Notes: generated by a model not told the origin, from the sequence alone. DNA of 64,000 bases from Escherichia coli (GCF_044324875.1 NZ_CP172185.1); one strand, 5' to 3'. Shown: positions 1-13,738, counted from the first letter of the stretch. Translations and numbers: made by a program.

Positions 1-301
1 CATCGCGCAGCCACGCTTCTCCGTGGGGAATATCGACCACGATTTGATGATCTTTGAGGATGCGGTCCATGACTGCTTTCGCGTAAAGGTTGATTTCAGA
101 AGCGCCAATATGCAGCTCGATGAAACCTTTTTCATCCGGCGTCGAAGCCATTGAGAACGGACGTTTGTCGCGCTCATCCATCACTACCATCAAATACTGA
201 CCAGCACGAAAAGAAAAGGCCGCGTCTGGTACGATTCGGACACGATATACGGTATCCGTGATAGCTTCTACCGAGGTCACTTTACAGCTTAAGGTTGTCA
301 T
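1..301 (-). CDS. fre: NAD(P)H-flavin reductase Fre, N-terminal part (gene continues beyond window start)
   Basis: Minus-strand translation from the ATG at ~301 reads MTTLSCKVTSVEAITDTVYRVRIVPDAAFSFRAGQYLMVVMDERDKRPFSMASTP..., which I recognise as Fre; it lies downstream of ubiD as in K-12. Confidence 0.8.
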   Translation of the reverse strand, partial: MTTLSCKVTSVEAITDTVYRVRIVPDAAFSFRAGQYLMVVMDERDKRPFSMASTPDEKGFIELHIGASEINLYAKAVMDRILKDHQIVVDIPHGEAWLRD

Positions 302-346
302 GCGCTTTCTCTGTCGGATCGATAAATAGGGCAAAACAAACGCGCA

Positions 347-1840
347 TCAGGCGCTTTTACCGTTGTTAAAAATAGCCAGTTCATCCCAGATGGCGTCAAT
401 ATGCGCGACAACATCCGGATCTTTTTTGATGGGACGTCCCCATTCACGCTGGGTTTCCCCTGGCCATTTATTCGTGGCATCCAGCCCCATTTTTGAACCC
501 AGCCCGGACACAGGCGAGGCAAAATCCAGATAATCAATAGGCGTATTTTCGACCAGCACCGTGTCCCGCGCCGGGTCCATACGGGTGGTAATCGCCCAAA
601 TCACATCGTTCCAGTCGCGTGCGTTGACGTCATCATCGCAAACGATCACAAATTTAGTGTACATAAACTGGCGTAAGAACGACCAGACGCCCATCATGAC
701 GCGCTTCGCGTGTCCGGCGTACTGTTTTTTGATCGTCACTACCGCCAGGCGATAAGAGCAGCCTTCCGGCGGCAGGTAAAAATCGACAATTTCCGGGAAC
801 TGTTTTTGCAGAATCGGCACAAACACTTCGTTCAGTGCGACACCCAGCACCGCAGGTTCATCCGGCGGACGCCCGGTATAGGTGGAATGATAAATCGCAT
901 CTTCACGCTGGGTAATATGCGTCACAGTAAATACCGGGAAACTATCGACTTCGTTATAGTAACCGGTGTGGTCGCCATACGGCCCTTCCGGCGCAGTTTC
1001 GCCTTGTTCGATATACCCTTCCAGCACAATCTCCGCACTGGCGGGCACTTCAAGGTCATTGGAAATACACTTTACTACTTCGGTTTTGGTGCCGCGTAGC
1101 AATCCGGCAAACGCATACTCTGAAAGCGTATCCGGAACGGGGGTGACTGCACCGAGAATCGTGGCGGGATCGGCACCCAGCGCCACAGAAACCGGGAAAC
1201 GTTCGCCCGGATGCGCCACACACCACTCCTGATAATCCAGCGCGCCGCCGCGATGCGACAGCCAGCGCATAATCAGTTTGTTTTTACCAATCAGCTGCTG
1301 GCGATAAATGCCCAGATTCTGCCGCTCTTTATGCGGGCCGCGCGTCACTGTCAGCCCCCAGGTAATCAGCGGCGCGGCATCTTCCGGCCAGCAGGTCATA
1401 ATGGGGATACGGTGAAGATCGACGTCATCGCCGGAGATAATTTTTTGCTGACACGGCGCACCACGCAGTCGCTTTGTCGGCATGTTCAATACTTGCTTGA
1501 ACTGCGGCAGTTTATCAAACAGGTCGCGGAAACCTTTTGGCGGCTCCGGCTCTTTCAGAAACGCCAATAATTTACCAACTTCACGCAGCGCCGAAACATC
1601 TTCCTGCCCCATGCCCATCGCCACGCGCTTTGGCGTACCGAACAGGTTGCACAGCACCGGCATTGAGTAGCCTTTAGGGTTTTCGAACAACAGCGCAGGC
1701 CCACCGGCACGCAAAGTGCGGTCAGCAATTTCAGTGATTTCCAGATGCGGATCCACCGGGAGCGTGATACGTTTTAGCTCACCCTGCTGTTCAAGCAGCG
1801 TCAGGAAGTCGCGTAAATCGTTATATTTCATGGCGTCCAT
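347..1840 (-). CDS. ubiD: 3-octaprenyl-4-hydroxybenzoate decarboxylase UbiD
   Basis: 497-aa ORF; sequence and length match UbiD; conserved position next to fre and rfaH. Confidence 0.9.
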   Translation of the reverse strand: MDAMKYNDLRDFLTLLEQQGELKRITLPVDPHLEITEIADRTLRAGGPALLFENPKGYSMPVLCNLFGTPKRVAMGMGQEDVSALREVGKLLAFLKEPEPPKGFRDLFDKLPQFKQVLNMPTKRLRGAPCQQKIISGDDVDLHRIPIMTCWPEDAAPLITWGLTVTRGPHKERQNLGIYRQQLIGKNKLIMRWLSHRGGALDYQEWCVAHPGERFPVSVALGADPATILGAVTPVPDTLSEYAFAGLLRGTKTEVVKCISNDLEVPASAEIVLEGYIEQGETAPEGPYGDHTGYYNEVDSFPVFTVTHITQREDAIYHSTYTGRPPDEPAVLGVALNEVFVPILQKQFPEIVDFYLPPEGCSYRLAVVTIKKQYAGHAKRVMMGVWSFLRQFMYTKFVIVCDDDVNARDWNDVIWAITTRMDPARDTVLVENTPIDYLDFASPVSGLGSKMGLDATNKWPGETQREWGRPIKKDPDVVAHIDAIWDELAIFNNGKSA

Positions 1841-1961
1841 TGTAGCCTCTTAATCTGCGCCCATTATACGGCGTTCATCTTTGCGATTCTGTAAATTTGT
1901 TAAATTAGCGTGAACTCTGACGGTATAACGCAAACTGGGGAATATAATTAACTTAGCGTAA

Positions 1962-3286
<1,325 letters not shown>

Positions 3287-3315
3287 ATGACAACCGCCCT
3301 GACGGGCGGTTGAGT

Positions 3316-4092
3316 TTATTCTTTAGTTTTTTCGCTTTCTGCTTCAGCGTCGTTTTCTTCTTCCCGGTTTCGGCCCTTACCAACGTAAAAGCGTGAGAAG
3401 AAGACACCGATTTCAAACAGACAGTACATCGGGATCGCCAACAGCGTTTGCGAGAAGACATCCGGCGGCGTCAGCAGCATCCCGACAACAAATGCGCCAA
3501 CCAGCACATACGGACGTTTTTTGCGTAAGTCTTCTGGCGAGGTAATTCCCATCCAGCACAGCAGCACAATTGCCACCGGCACTTCAAAGGAGACACCAAA
3601 CGCCATAAACAGCGCCATAACGAAGCTTAAATAGCTGGCGATGTCGGTGGATACCTGTACCCCTTCCGGCGCGGTATTGGCAAGGAAGCCAAATGCCAGC
3701 GGAAAGACCACAAAGTAGGCGAACGCCATGCCGATATAAAACAACAGAGAGCTGGAAACCAGCAGCGGCACCACCAGGCGACGTTCATGCTTATACAGCG
3801 CTGGGGCGATAAACGCCCACACCTGATAGAGAATCACCGGCGCTGACAGAATCAGCGACACCATAAAGGTCAGCTTGATCGGCGTAAAGAACGGCGAGGC
3901 CACGTCGGTGGCGATCATCGTTGAACCTTGCGGCAACTGCTTGATCAATGGAGCGGATACCAGGTGATAGATGTCATTGGCGAAATAGACCAGACACAGG
4001 AATATCACGATCACCGCGATAATGCAGTTCAGCAGACGCTTACGCAGCTCAATCAGATGCGTGATAAGCGGTTGAGTATCTTCTACAGACAT
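3316..4092 (-). CDS. tatC: Twin-arginine translocase subunit TatC
   Basis: 258-aa polytopic membrane ORF; matches TatC in length and sequence. Confidence 0.9.
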   Translation of the reverse strand: MSVEDTQPLITHLIELRKRLLNCIIAVIVIFLCLVYFANDIYHLVSAPLIKQLPQGSTMIATDVASPFFTPIKLTFMVSLILSAPVILYQVWAFIAPALYKHERRLVVPLLVSSSLLFYIGMAFAYFVVFPLAFGFLANTAPEGVQVSTDIASYLSFVMALFMAFGVSFEVPVAIVLLCWMGITSPEDLRKKRPYVLVGAFVVGMLLTPPDVFSQTLLAIPMYCLFEIGVFFSRFYVGKGRNREEENDAEAESEKTKE

Positions 4093-4094
4093 GT

Positions 4095-4610
4095 TTACGG
4101 TTTATCACTCGACGAAGGGGAAGGTGCAGCGGTTTTCGGTTCAGCGTCCGCAGCAGGTTTTACCACCGGCTCTGGCGTGGTTTCTGGCTTCTGTTCCGGC
4201 GAACTGGCCTGCGTTTGTGCAGCAGCAGGCGTTACGCCTTCATGCGCAGCTTCATTGTCTTTCACCACCGGGTTGTGGATGGTGTGCGCTTCATCACTCG
4301 CCTTTTCAGGATCGTTTGCAACGTAGGAACGCTTCATCGACTCCGCGGCCTGGCGTAGTTCATCCATCGACGCTTTCAGTTCGGGCGTCAGGTTAGTGAG
4401 GCTCGCCTTTTCAACCTTTTTCAGACTGTCCTGAAACTCCTGGAGTTTTAACTCCTGGGTCAGTTCGTTCTGCACCGTTGTCGCCAGTGAACGCAACGCG
4501 CGAATCCAGCCCGCGACCGTTTTTACCGCCACAGGCAGTCGTTGCGGCCCCAGAACGACGAGGCCGATGATGAATACCAATAGCAGTTCGCTAAAACCGA
4601 TATCAAACAC
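4095..4610 (-). CDS. tatB: Twin-arginine translocase subunit TatB
   Basis: 171-aa [29 protein letters not shown]...; TatA/B family N-terminal helix with a long acidic/Pro-rich tail. Confidence 0.9.
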
Positions 4611-4613
4611 GGA

Positions 4614-4883
4614 TTACACCTGCTCTTTATCGTGGCGCTTCGCGTCTTCTGTTTTAGCCTGTTCCTGATTCGTATCCGCCTGCTTATCGGCGATAGTTTT
4701 CGCAGTAAAATCAGCATCCTGACTGGTTTTATCCTGCTTTGGTTCATCATCGCTCATTGCTTTTTTAAAGCCTTTGATCGACGCACCAAGATCGGAACCG
4801 ATGGAGCCGAGCTTTTTGGTGCCAAAAAGCAGTACAACGATGACGGCAATAATCAATAACTGCCAAATACTGATACCACCCAT
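4614..4883 (-). CDS. tatA: Twin-arginine translocase subunit TatA
   Basis: ORF track gives 103 aa; the known TatA begins at the internal [27 protein letters not shown] (89 aa), so the start was moved to ~4883. Confidence 0.85.
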   Translation of the reverse strand: MGGISIWQLLIIAVIVVLLFGTKKLGSIGSDLGASIKGFKKAMSDDEPKQDKTSQDADFTAKTIADKQADTNQEQAKTEDAKRHDKEQV

Positions 4884-4961
4884 ACATGTTCCTCTGTGGT
4901 AGATGATGATTAAACAAGGCCGCATTATACGTTACACGGCCCGCCTTGAGCGATGAAAAAA

Positions 4962-7204
<2,243 letters not shown>

Positions 7205-7217
7205 TTCCGGTCTCCTG

Positions 7218-7973
7218 TCAGAACTTATAACCACGATGCAACGCCACAACCCCTGCCGTCAGATTGTAGTAGTCGACACTTTCGAATCCGGCATCCTGCA
7301 TCATGGCTTTCAGGGTATCCTGATCGGGATGCATACGGATGGATTCTGCCAGATAACGATAGCTGTCGGCGTCGTTCGCGACCAGTGAGCCAATACGCGG
7401 CAGCACATGGAAGGAGTATGCATCATAGGCTTTGCTCAGCGGCTCGATAATTGGCTTCGAGAACTCAAGCACCAGCAGGCGGCCGCCGGGTTTCAGCACG
7501 CGATACATTGAACGCAGTGCTTTATCTTTGTCGGTGACGTTACGCAGACCAAACGAAATGGTGATGCAATCAAAGGTGTTATCCGGGAACGGCAGCGCCT
7601 CAGCGTTCGCTTGAACATACTCAACGTTGCCAATCACACCGATATTACGCAGCTTCTCGCGTCCCATTTTGAGCATGGATTCATTGATATCAGCAAGGAC
7701 CACTTTGCCAGTTTCTCCGACCAGGCGGGAGAATTTCGCTGTCAGGTCGCCGGTGCCACCAGCCAGATCCAGCACGGTCTGCCCACGGCGTACGCCGCTG
7801 CAATCAATCGTGAATCGCTTCCACAAACGATGAATACCAAATGACATCAAATCATTCATGACATCGTATTTTGATGCCACGGAATGGAAAACGTGGGCGA
7901 CCATATCCGCTTTTTGTTCCTTCGCGACGGTCTGAAAACCAAAGTGCGTCGTTTCTTGTGACTTATCCACCAT
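7218..7973 (-). CDS. ubiE: Demethylmenaquinone/ubiquinone C-methyltransferase UbiE
   Basis: 251-aa ORF with SAM-MTase motif ([11 protein letters not shown]); recognised as UbiE. Confidence 0.9.
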
Positions 7974-8067
7974 CTCAATGCCTGCTCATCAAAAAATTGT
8001 TCCAGAAGTGTAACAGATTGGGCGTCGATGCCCTAGATTTCTACCCGGCTTAACTACCCCCAATGGG

Positions 8068-9495
8068 CTAGCGCGACTGCTGATTATATTCATCATCGCG
8101 TTGATAAGCTTCATCATTCGGCTGCCCAGGAACCGACCGAAGTCGATACTCTTCATCCTGGCTCACCGCCTGTTCAGCCAAATCCGGGTTAATCTCGCGT
8201 TTAATTTCTACCCCTAAACCGCGAAACGCTTCTGCCTGCGCCAGCACATTTCCGCGACCTGAAGAGAGTTTTTTCATCGCCTGGCGATAGTTATCCTGCG
8301 CTTTGTCCAGACTTTGACCAATCGCGGACATATCATCAATAAACAGACGCATCTTGTCGTACAGCTTGCTGGCGCGATCGGCGATTTGCTGGGCGTTACG
8401 GCTTTGATGCTCATAACGCCAAAGGTTGGCGATAGTACGCAACGCCACCAGCAGCGTGGTGGGGCTAACCAGCATTATGTTGTTCTTTAATGCTTCGGTG
8501 ATCAGCTCCGGCTGGCGATCAAGCGCCAGTAAAAAAGCGGGTTCCACAGGGATAAACATCAGCACGTAATCCAGCGTTCGTAGCCCCGGCAGCTGTTGAT
8601 AGTCTTTGCGCCCAAGCAAGCGGATGTGATTACGTACCGAAGCAATATGCTCCTGCAATGCGCTTTCGCGTGTGTAGTCGTCTTCCGCGTTGAAGTAGCG
8701 TTCATAGGCGACCAGCGTCATTTTGGCATCGATCACCACATCTTTCCCCTGCGGTAGCCGCACGATGACATCCGGCTGCATCCGCGAGCGAGCGTCATTT
8801 TCGATGCTGACCTGGGTTTCGTATTCATACCCTTCACGCAGTCCGGAAGCCTCCAGCACCCGCGTCAGTACCACTTCGCCCCAGTTCCCCTGGGTTTTGT
8901 TATCGCCTTTCAGCGCGCGGGTCAGGTTGATCGCTTCCTGGGCCATTTGCGCGTTGAGCTGCTGGAGATTGCGAATTTCGTGGGTCAGGGTATGGCGTTC
9001 TTGTGCTTCTTTACCAAAGCTGTCCTGAACCTGACGGCGGAAACCGTCCAGTTGTTCACGTAGCGGCGACAACAGGCTGTTCAGACTCTGACGGTTTTGC
9101 TCATCAACCCGGCGATTGCTGTGCTCAAAAATACGGTTGGCGAGGTTTTCAAACTGCTCACTGAGGCGCTGCTCGCTGTTAATCATCTGGCGAATTTTAT
9201 CGTCAGCATGTTGCTGTGCGGCTTCCATCCGCGTGGTTACTTCACGCAGATCGGCCTCCAGAGAGGTGTTAATACTTTGCAGGCTGCGCACTTCGTTATT
9301 GAGTAACTCGCACTCAGCGCGCCAGTGCTCGCTTTGGGTAATTTGTTGTTTTGCCGCGCTTAACTCCGCGACCATCTCTTCACGTTCAGCTAATTGCTCG
9401 GCTTTTTGCTGCGCATGTTGATAACTGGCAAACAGCCAGCCAATTGCCACACCCACCAACGCAATAACTGCGTAAACCATGATTGAGAAATCCAC
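8068..9495 (-). CDS. rmuC: DNA recombination protein RmuC
   Basis: 475-aa ORF with N-terminal TM segment and long coiled-coil region; matches RmuC (YigN) position and length. Confidence 0.85.
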   Translation of the reverse strand: MDFSIMVYAVIALVGVAIGWLFASYQHAQQKAEQLAEREEMVAELSAAKQQITQSEHWRAECELLNNEVRSLQSINTSLEADLREVTTRMEAAQQHADDKIRQMINSEQRLSEQFENLANRIFEHSNRRVDEQNRQSLNSLLSPLREQLDGFRRQVQDSFGKEAQERHTLTHEIRNLQQLNAQMAQEAINLTRALKGDNKTQGNWGEVVLTRVLEASGLREGYEYETQVSIENDARSRMQPDVIVRLPQGKDVVIDAKMTLVAYERYFNAEDDYTRESALQEHIASVRNHIRLLGRKDYQQLPGLRTLDYVLMFIPVEPAFLLALDRQPELITEALKNNIMLVSPTTLLVALRTIANLWRYEHQSRNAQQIADRASKLYDKMRLFIDDMSAIGQSLDKAQDNYRQAMKKLSSGRGNVLAQAEAFRGLGVEIKREINPDLAEQAVSQDEEYRLRSVPGQPNDEAYQRDDEYNQQSR

Positions 9496-9599
9496 AACGC
9501 CTCCTGACGCAACAACTTACCCGCACAAAATAGAATTGTGCTGTACAAACGTCCAGTTGGAAAGGCATTTCCTGCGAGGCGCTACGCAAAAATACAAAA

Positions 9600-9616
9600 G
9601 GCCGAACGCGTCGGCC
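9600..9616 (-). terminator. Rho-independent terminator downstream of udp
   Basis: Perfect inverted repeat ggccga-acgcg-tcggcc; on the minus-strand transcript it is followed by a U-rich tract (cuuuuguauuuuug). Lies just 3' of the udp stop. Confidence 0.6.
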
Positions 9617-9635
9617 TTCAGACAGGAGAAGAGGA

Positions 9636-10397
9636 TTACAGCAGACGACGCGCCGCTTCCACCACGATTTTCACCGCTTGGCTTTCAGTTTGTTTCATCG
9701 TCTCAGCATTCGGGATCTCTTGCTGGGTGCGGTTAACGATAACGCCCGCCACCATACCCGCACGCAGGCCCTGACTTGCACACATGGTCAGCAGGGTTGC
9801 AGATTCCATTTCATAGTTCATTACGCCCATCGCCTGCCACTCTTCCATAGAACCTTTAAAGTGACGAACTACGCGACCAGAGTAAGTATCGTAACGTTCC
9901 TGGCCTGGGTAGAAGGTATCAGAAGAAGCCGTCACGCCAACGTGAGTCGTCGCGCCAATGGATTTCGCCGCTTCAACCAGCGCAGTCGTACATTCGAAAT
10001 CAGCGACAGCCGGGAATTCCAGCGGTGCGAAGTGCAAGCTCGCGCCATCCAGACGAACAGACGCCGTGGTAACCAGAACATCGCCAACATTAATATGCGG
10101 CTGAATAGCGCCCGTTGTACCGATACGCAGGAAGGTGCGAATGCCCAGCTGTGCCAGCTCTTCAACAGCAATAGAGGTAGACGGGCCGCCGATACCGGTA
10201 GAGCAGACGATAACAGGTTTACCATCCAGCTCTGCACGCCAGGTGGCGAATTCGCGGTGAGATGCCAGCTTAACCGGCTTATCCATCAGCGCGGCGATCT
10301 TTTCCACACGATCCGGGTCGCCAGGGACGATGGCAAGCGTAGCCCCTTGTAAATCGTTTTTAGTGAGGCCGAGATGAAAAACATCAGACTTGGACAT
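9636..10397 (-). CDS. udp: Uridine phosphorylase
   Basis: ORF track gives 255 aa; known Udp starts [19 protein letters not shown] (253 aa); PNP/UDP phosphorylase family. Confidence 0.9.
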   Translation of the reverse strand: MSKSDVFHLGLTKNDLQGATLAIVPGDPDRVEKIAALMDKPVKLASHREFATWRAELDGKPVIVCSTGIGGPSTSIAVEELAQLGIRTFLRIGTTGAIQPHINVGDVLVTTASVRLDGASLHFAPLEFPAVADFECTTALVEAAKSIGATTHVGVTASSDTFYPGQERYDTYSGRVVRHFKGSMEEWQAMGVMNYEMESATLLTMCASQGLRAGMVAGVIVNRTQQEIPNAETMKQTESQAVKIVVEAARRLL

Positions 10398-10519
10398 ATA
10401 CAACTCCTCTGTGAATCGGTTTAGTCAGAAGAAGCAAAAAGACACTTTACCGAAGGGTTTAACATTTTTTCGTGACACTCATCACCATGACGCAAATGCG
10501 TTGCATAAATTTACCCAGC

Positions 10520-10610
10520 AAAAGTGATGCAAATCACATAAATCACTCTTCATTCTGCAGGACTGCATAAAAGATGAGCCGATTCAGGCAATGTGATTTG
10601 TTGCATGCTG
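10520..10610. promoter_or_regulatory. udp/ysgA divergent promoter region with two CRP-like palindromes
   Basis: Sequences aGTGAtgcaaaTCACA (~10523-10538) and TGTGAtttgttGCAtg (~10592-10607) resemble the CRP consensus TGTGA-N6-TCACA; the udp promoter is known to be CRP/CytR regulated. Confidence 0.4.
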
Positions 10611-10658
10611 ACTATAGTTAACATTGCGCAACATTTTTATAAGGGTACGGAGAATACC

Positions 10659-11471
10659 ATGGCAACAACACAACAATCTGGATTTGCACCTGCTGCATCG
10701 CCTCTCGCTTCGACCATCGTTCAGACCCCGGACGACGCGATTGCGGCGGGCTTCACCTCTATCCCCTCACAAGGGGATAACATGCCTGCTTACCATGCCA
10801 GACCAAAGCAGAGCGATGGCCCACTGCCAGTGGTCATTGTAGTGCAGGAAATTTTTGGCGTGCATGAACATATCCGCGACATTTGTCGCCGTCTGGCGCT
10901 GGAGGGGTATCTGGCTATCGCACCTGAACTTTACTTCCGCGAAGGCGATCCGAATGATTTTGCCGATATCCCCACGTTACTTAGCGGTCTGGTAGCAAAA
11001 GTGCCTGACTCGCAGGTGCTGGCCGATCTCGATCATGTCGCCAGTTGGGCTTCCCGCAACGGCGGCGATGTACATCGTTTAATGATCACCGGATTCTGCT
11101 GGGGGGGACGTATCACCTGGCTGTATGCTGCGCATAACCCGCAACTGAAAGCGGCGGTGGCATGGTACGGCAAACTGACAGGCGATAAGTCGCTGAATTC
11201 ACCGAAACAACCTGTTGATATCGCAACCGATCTTAACGCGCCGGTTCTCGGCTTATATGGTGGTCAGGATAACAGCATTCCGCAGGAGAGCGTTGAAACC
11301 ATGCGCCAGGCGCTGCGGGCTGCTAATGCGAAAGCAGAGATTATCGTCTACCCGGATGCCGGGCATGCATTCAACGCCGATTATCGCCCGAGCTATCATG
11401 CCGAATCTGCGAAAGATGGCTGGCAGCGTATGCTGGAGTGGTTTAAGCAGTATGGTGGGAAGCGGAATTAG
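10659..11471 (+). CDS. ysgA: Dienelactone hydrolase family protein YsgA
   Basis: ORF track begins at 10593; the likely start is the ATG at 10659 (MATTQQSGF...) preceded by ggaga. Alpha/beta hydrolase; conserved neighbour of udp. Confidence 0.8.
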   Translation: MATTQQSGFAPAASPLASTIVQTPDDAIAAGFTSIPSQGDNMPAYHARPKQSDGPLPVVIVVQEIFGVHEHIRDICRRLALEGYLAIAPELYFREGDPNDFADIPTLLSGLVAKVPDSQVLADLDHVASWASRNGGDVHRLMITGFCWGGRITWLYAAHNPQLKAAVAWYGKLTGDKSLNSPKQPVDIATDLNAPVLGLYGGQDNSIPQESVETMRQALRAANAKAEIIVYPDAGHAFNADYRPSYHAESAKDGWQRMLEWFKQYGGKRN

Positions 11472-11862
11472 TTTCCTCTTAGTCTATATTTGAGATGGTG
11501 AGTGAACGAGTGCGTTTTGCTGCCATCTCTGTCCCCCAAAAAATAATCAGTATGAATTGATTGGAGAGCACGACTCCGCTATTTGACCTTAAGAAAGTCG
11601 GCAAGTAATAGTCATAAGTGAGTCTCTTCACTGGCAGACACCTTAGAGATTTACCATCAACTCCCATTCTCAAACAAACATTAATTATTATCAACACATT
11701 CACATTAATTATAAATTATCTCAGACCTTCCTGATAAAAAGATATTAAAGTGAAACATTTTGTTTTTCACATTTTAGTTCATCCCTTTTAGGCGTAAATA
11801 AAGGTAAAAAATAACAATACTATTTTTCTTTCACAAAAGAATTAACAAAAGGTTTTTCAAGG

Positions 11863-12996
11863 ATGAGTGATATTATTTACCTGAACATAACCGGAGAACA
11901 ACAAGGATGTATTTCCTCTCGTTGTGGAACGAGCGCATCAATAGGTAATCGCTGGCAGATTGGCCATGAAGATGAAATCTTCGCGTTCTCGCTCTCTAAT
12001 AGTATTACGAATACAGGCAAAGGGTCACAATTGCATGGCCTTAGTTTCTGTAAATTGATTGACAAAAGCTCCCCGTTACTTATTAACGCTATTAACAATA
12101 ACGAGCAGTTGTTCATGGAGTTTGACTTCTATCGGATCAATAGATTTGGTCGATGGGAGAAATATTACAACATTCAACTTCGCGGCGCGCTCTTATCAGC
12201 AATCAATCACCTGTTTACTGAGAACAATCTGGATACAGAAACCATCACTGTCAGTTATGAATATATACTCTCCAGGCATCTGATTGCTAATACTGAATTT
12301 AGTTATTTGGCATTTCCCGATAACTACAACCGTCTGTTTATACCACGGCCAAAAACTAAAGATGATAATGGCCTCAAAACACTCAATAGTAAAGCGGTTG
12401 GCAGACTGCTTGCTGCTGGCGGCATATACAATGGGAATATCGAAGGATTCAGGGAAACAGCAAACAAGTTGGGAGGAGATGCACCTGCTGGTTACGATCA
12501 AGTTATGGATAACAAAGGGTTACTCATCGCTGGTGCTTCAATAGTTGCTGGAGTTGTTCTGGGAAGAATGAGATTCCCTGATTTGGAATCACTTGAGCAT
12601 TTCGGAGCCAGAGGAGCAGTATCAGGAAGACCATTTAATCCCGACCTTGCCGGTGGTCCAATTGAAAACCTGACGATAGATGGCGTAACAATCAACAGGG
12701 AAGGTATCGCTATTGTTGAAAAGCATATCTCCAGATTTGATCATGATCCAGCTAATGATGTAATGATTTCAAGGCTAAAGAAAATAGCAAATAAAGAATT
12801 GCTTCCTGAAAAATACGATCTGAACTACTATACTCATGAATGTCGCGAGTATCAGCGTTATTGTAATTTAGGATGGGAAACAGGTGAACCGAAAGGTTTA
12901 GATGGATATGAATTATGGAATAATGTACATACTGCAACTCTAGAAGACTTTAAAATTAAAGATACTGACTTATTTCATCCGGATGCAAAAAAATGA
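11863..12996 (+). CDS. Hcp (T6SS tube protein) fused to a C-terminal extension of unknown function; candidate Hcp-ET type VI effector
   Basis: Residues ~1-160 (MSDIIYLNITGEQQGCISSRCGTSASIGNRWQIGHEDEIFAFSL...LHGLSFCKLIDKSSPLLINAINNNEQLFMEFDFYRIN...EKYYNIQLRGALLSAI) align by eye with enterobacterial Hcp (Y-I-x-I-x-G-x-Q-G, S-I-G-N-x-x-Q-x-GHEDEI, DKSSPLL, FxFYR...E-Y-Y). Residues ~165-377 form an extra domain containing a hydrophobic stretch (LLIAGASIVAGVVLG). Visibly AT-rich; absent from the K-12 ysgA-metE interval as I recall it. Confidence 0.7.
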   Translation: MSDIIYLNITGEQQGCISSRCGTSASIGNRWQIGHEDEIFAFSLSNSITNTGKGSQLHGLSFCKLIDKSSPLLINAINNNEQLFMEFDFYRINRFGRWEKYYNIQLRGALLSAINHLFTENNLDTETITVSYEYILSRHLIANTEFSYLAFPDNYNRLFIPRPKTKDDNGLKTLNSKAVGRLLAAGGIYNGNIEGFRETANKLGGDAPAGYDQVMDNKGLLIAGASIVAGVVLGRMRFPDLESLEHFGARGAVSGRPFNPDLAGGPIENLTIDGVTINREGIAIVEKHISRFDHDPANDVMISRLKKIANKELLPEKYDLNYYTHECREYQRYCNLGWETGEPKGLDGYELWNNVHTATLEDFKIKDTDLFHPDAKK

Positions 12997-13250
12997 CGAT
13001 TACGATAGTTGAATTTAACGTGCTGAAAGTTATGGCTGAGAAAGATATTGACTGGAGCTGGATGGTGCTGGATCGTACTTTAGCTATACGAAATATTCCA
13101 GGATTTGGCAACGTAGCGAATATCGTAACAAAGCTGGTTAATCATGGGTTGGTTGATATCGTAAATGGTGAGGGCAACTCTAGACCACGCTACAGAGTTT
13201 CTCAATATGGATTGAATCTTATCAAAGAACAACAAGACAACCTCTTCTGA
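12993..13250 (+). CDS. Small protein (85 aa), candidate cognate immunity protein or small winged-helix-like protein
   Basis: ATG overlaps the TGA stop of the Hcp fusion (ATGA), implying translational coupling. No signal peptide. Paralogous to the next ORF. Confidence 0.5.
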   Translation: MTITIVEFNVLKVMAEKDIDWSWMVLDRTLAIRNIPGFGNVANIVTKLVNHGLVDIVNGEGNSRPRYRVSQYGLNLIKEQQDNLF

Positions 13251-13309
13251 TCCAGCCATTACAGGAGCATGATTTACATTGTGATCTTTCAATAAGATAC
13301 TCATCAATT

Positions 13310-13570
13310 TTGGTACAGAATATCGTGATCACTAAAAATGAACTTAACGTGCTGAACGTTATGACTGAGAAAGATATAAACTGGAACTGGATGAATCTCG
13401 ATCGCACACTATCCATAAGGCAAATTCCAGGATTCGGGAATGTTGTTAACATTGTTAACAAATTAGCTAACGAAGGTTTGGTTATTATTGAGGATAGCGG
13501 GAATAAGTCTATGCCTCACTACCACGTTAGTGAAAAGGGATACAATCTCGTGCAACGTGAGAATAAATAA
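13310..13570 (+). CDS. Small protein (86 aa), tandem paralog of the preceding ORF (second immunity candidate)
   Basis: Roughly half the residues match the upstream 85-aa ORF (NVLKVM-EKDI-W-WM-LDRTL-IR-IPGFGNV-NIV-KL-N-GLV). Start codon uncertain: the track start appears to be non-ATG. Confidence 0.45.
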   Translation: MVQNIVITKNELNVLNVMTEKDINWNWMNLDRTLSIRQIPGFGNVVNIVNKLANEGLVIIEDSGNKSMPHYHVSEKGYNLVQRENK

Positions 13571-13678
13571 CGTAGCGTTGATTACTGAACGGAATCACTC
13601 AAAACTGTGTTTTGCGAAAAAAACGATTCGGTTATTTCTGCTCCTGAAGATCAGCTTCAATCTGGCACTCATGCAAAA

Positions 13679-13698
13679 TGGCTTCCAGTGCTGGAAGC
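13679..13698 (-). terminator. Hairpin downstream of metE (putative terminator)
   Basis: Perfect 9-bp inverted repeat ggcttccag-tg-ctggaagcc immediately 3' of the metE stop; the flanking U-tract on the minus transcript is only moderate. Confidence 0.4.
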
Positions 13699-13738
13699 CA
13701 TTATCGTACTGCAATTTACAGTGACTCGTTAATATTCG

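Noticed and set aside
561-1670. Several plus-strand ORFs (64-129 aa) inside the ubiD coding region
   Set aside because: Antisense shadow ORFs within a well-supported gene; no RBS or independent support.
9678-10352. 224-aa plus-strand ORF inside udp
   Set aside because: Fully antisense to the conserved udp gene; Arg-rich composition typical of out-of-frame translation.
11472-13738. Possibility that the ysgA-metE insertion is a prophage remnant or IS element
   Set aside because: No integrase, transposase, terminal inverted repeats or flanking tRNA seen; the content is an effector-like gene plus small partners only.
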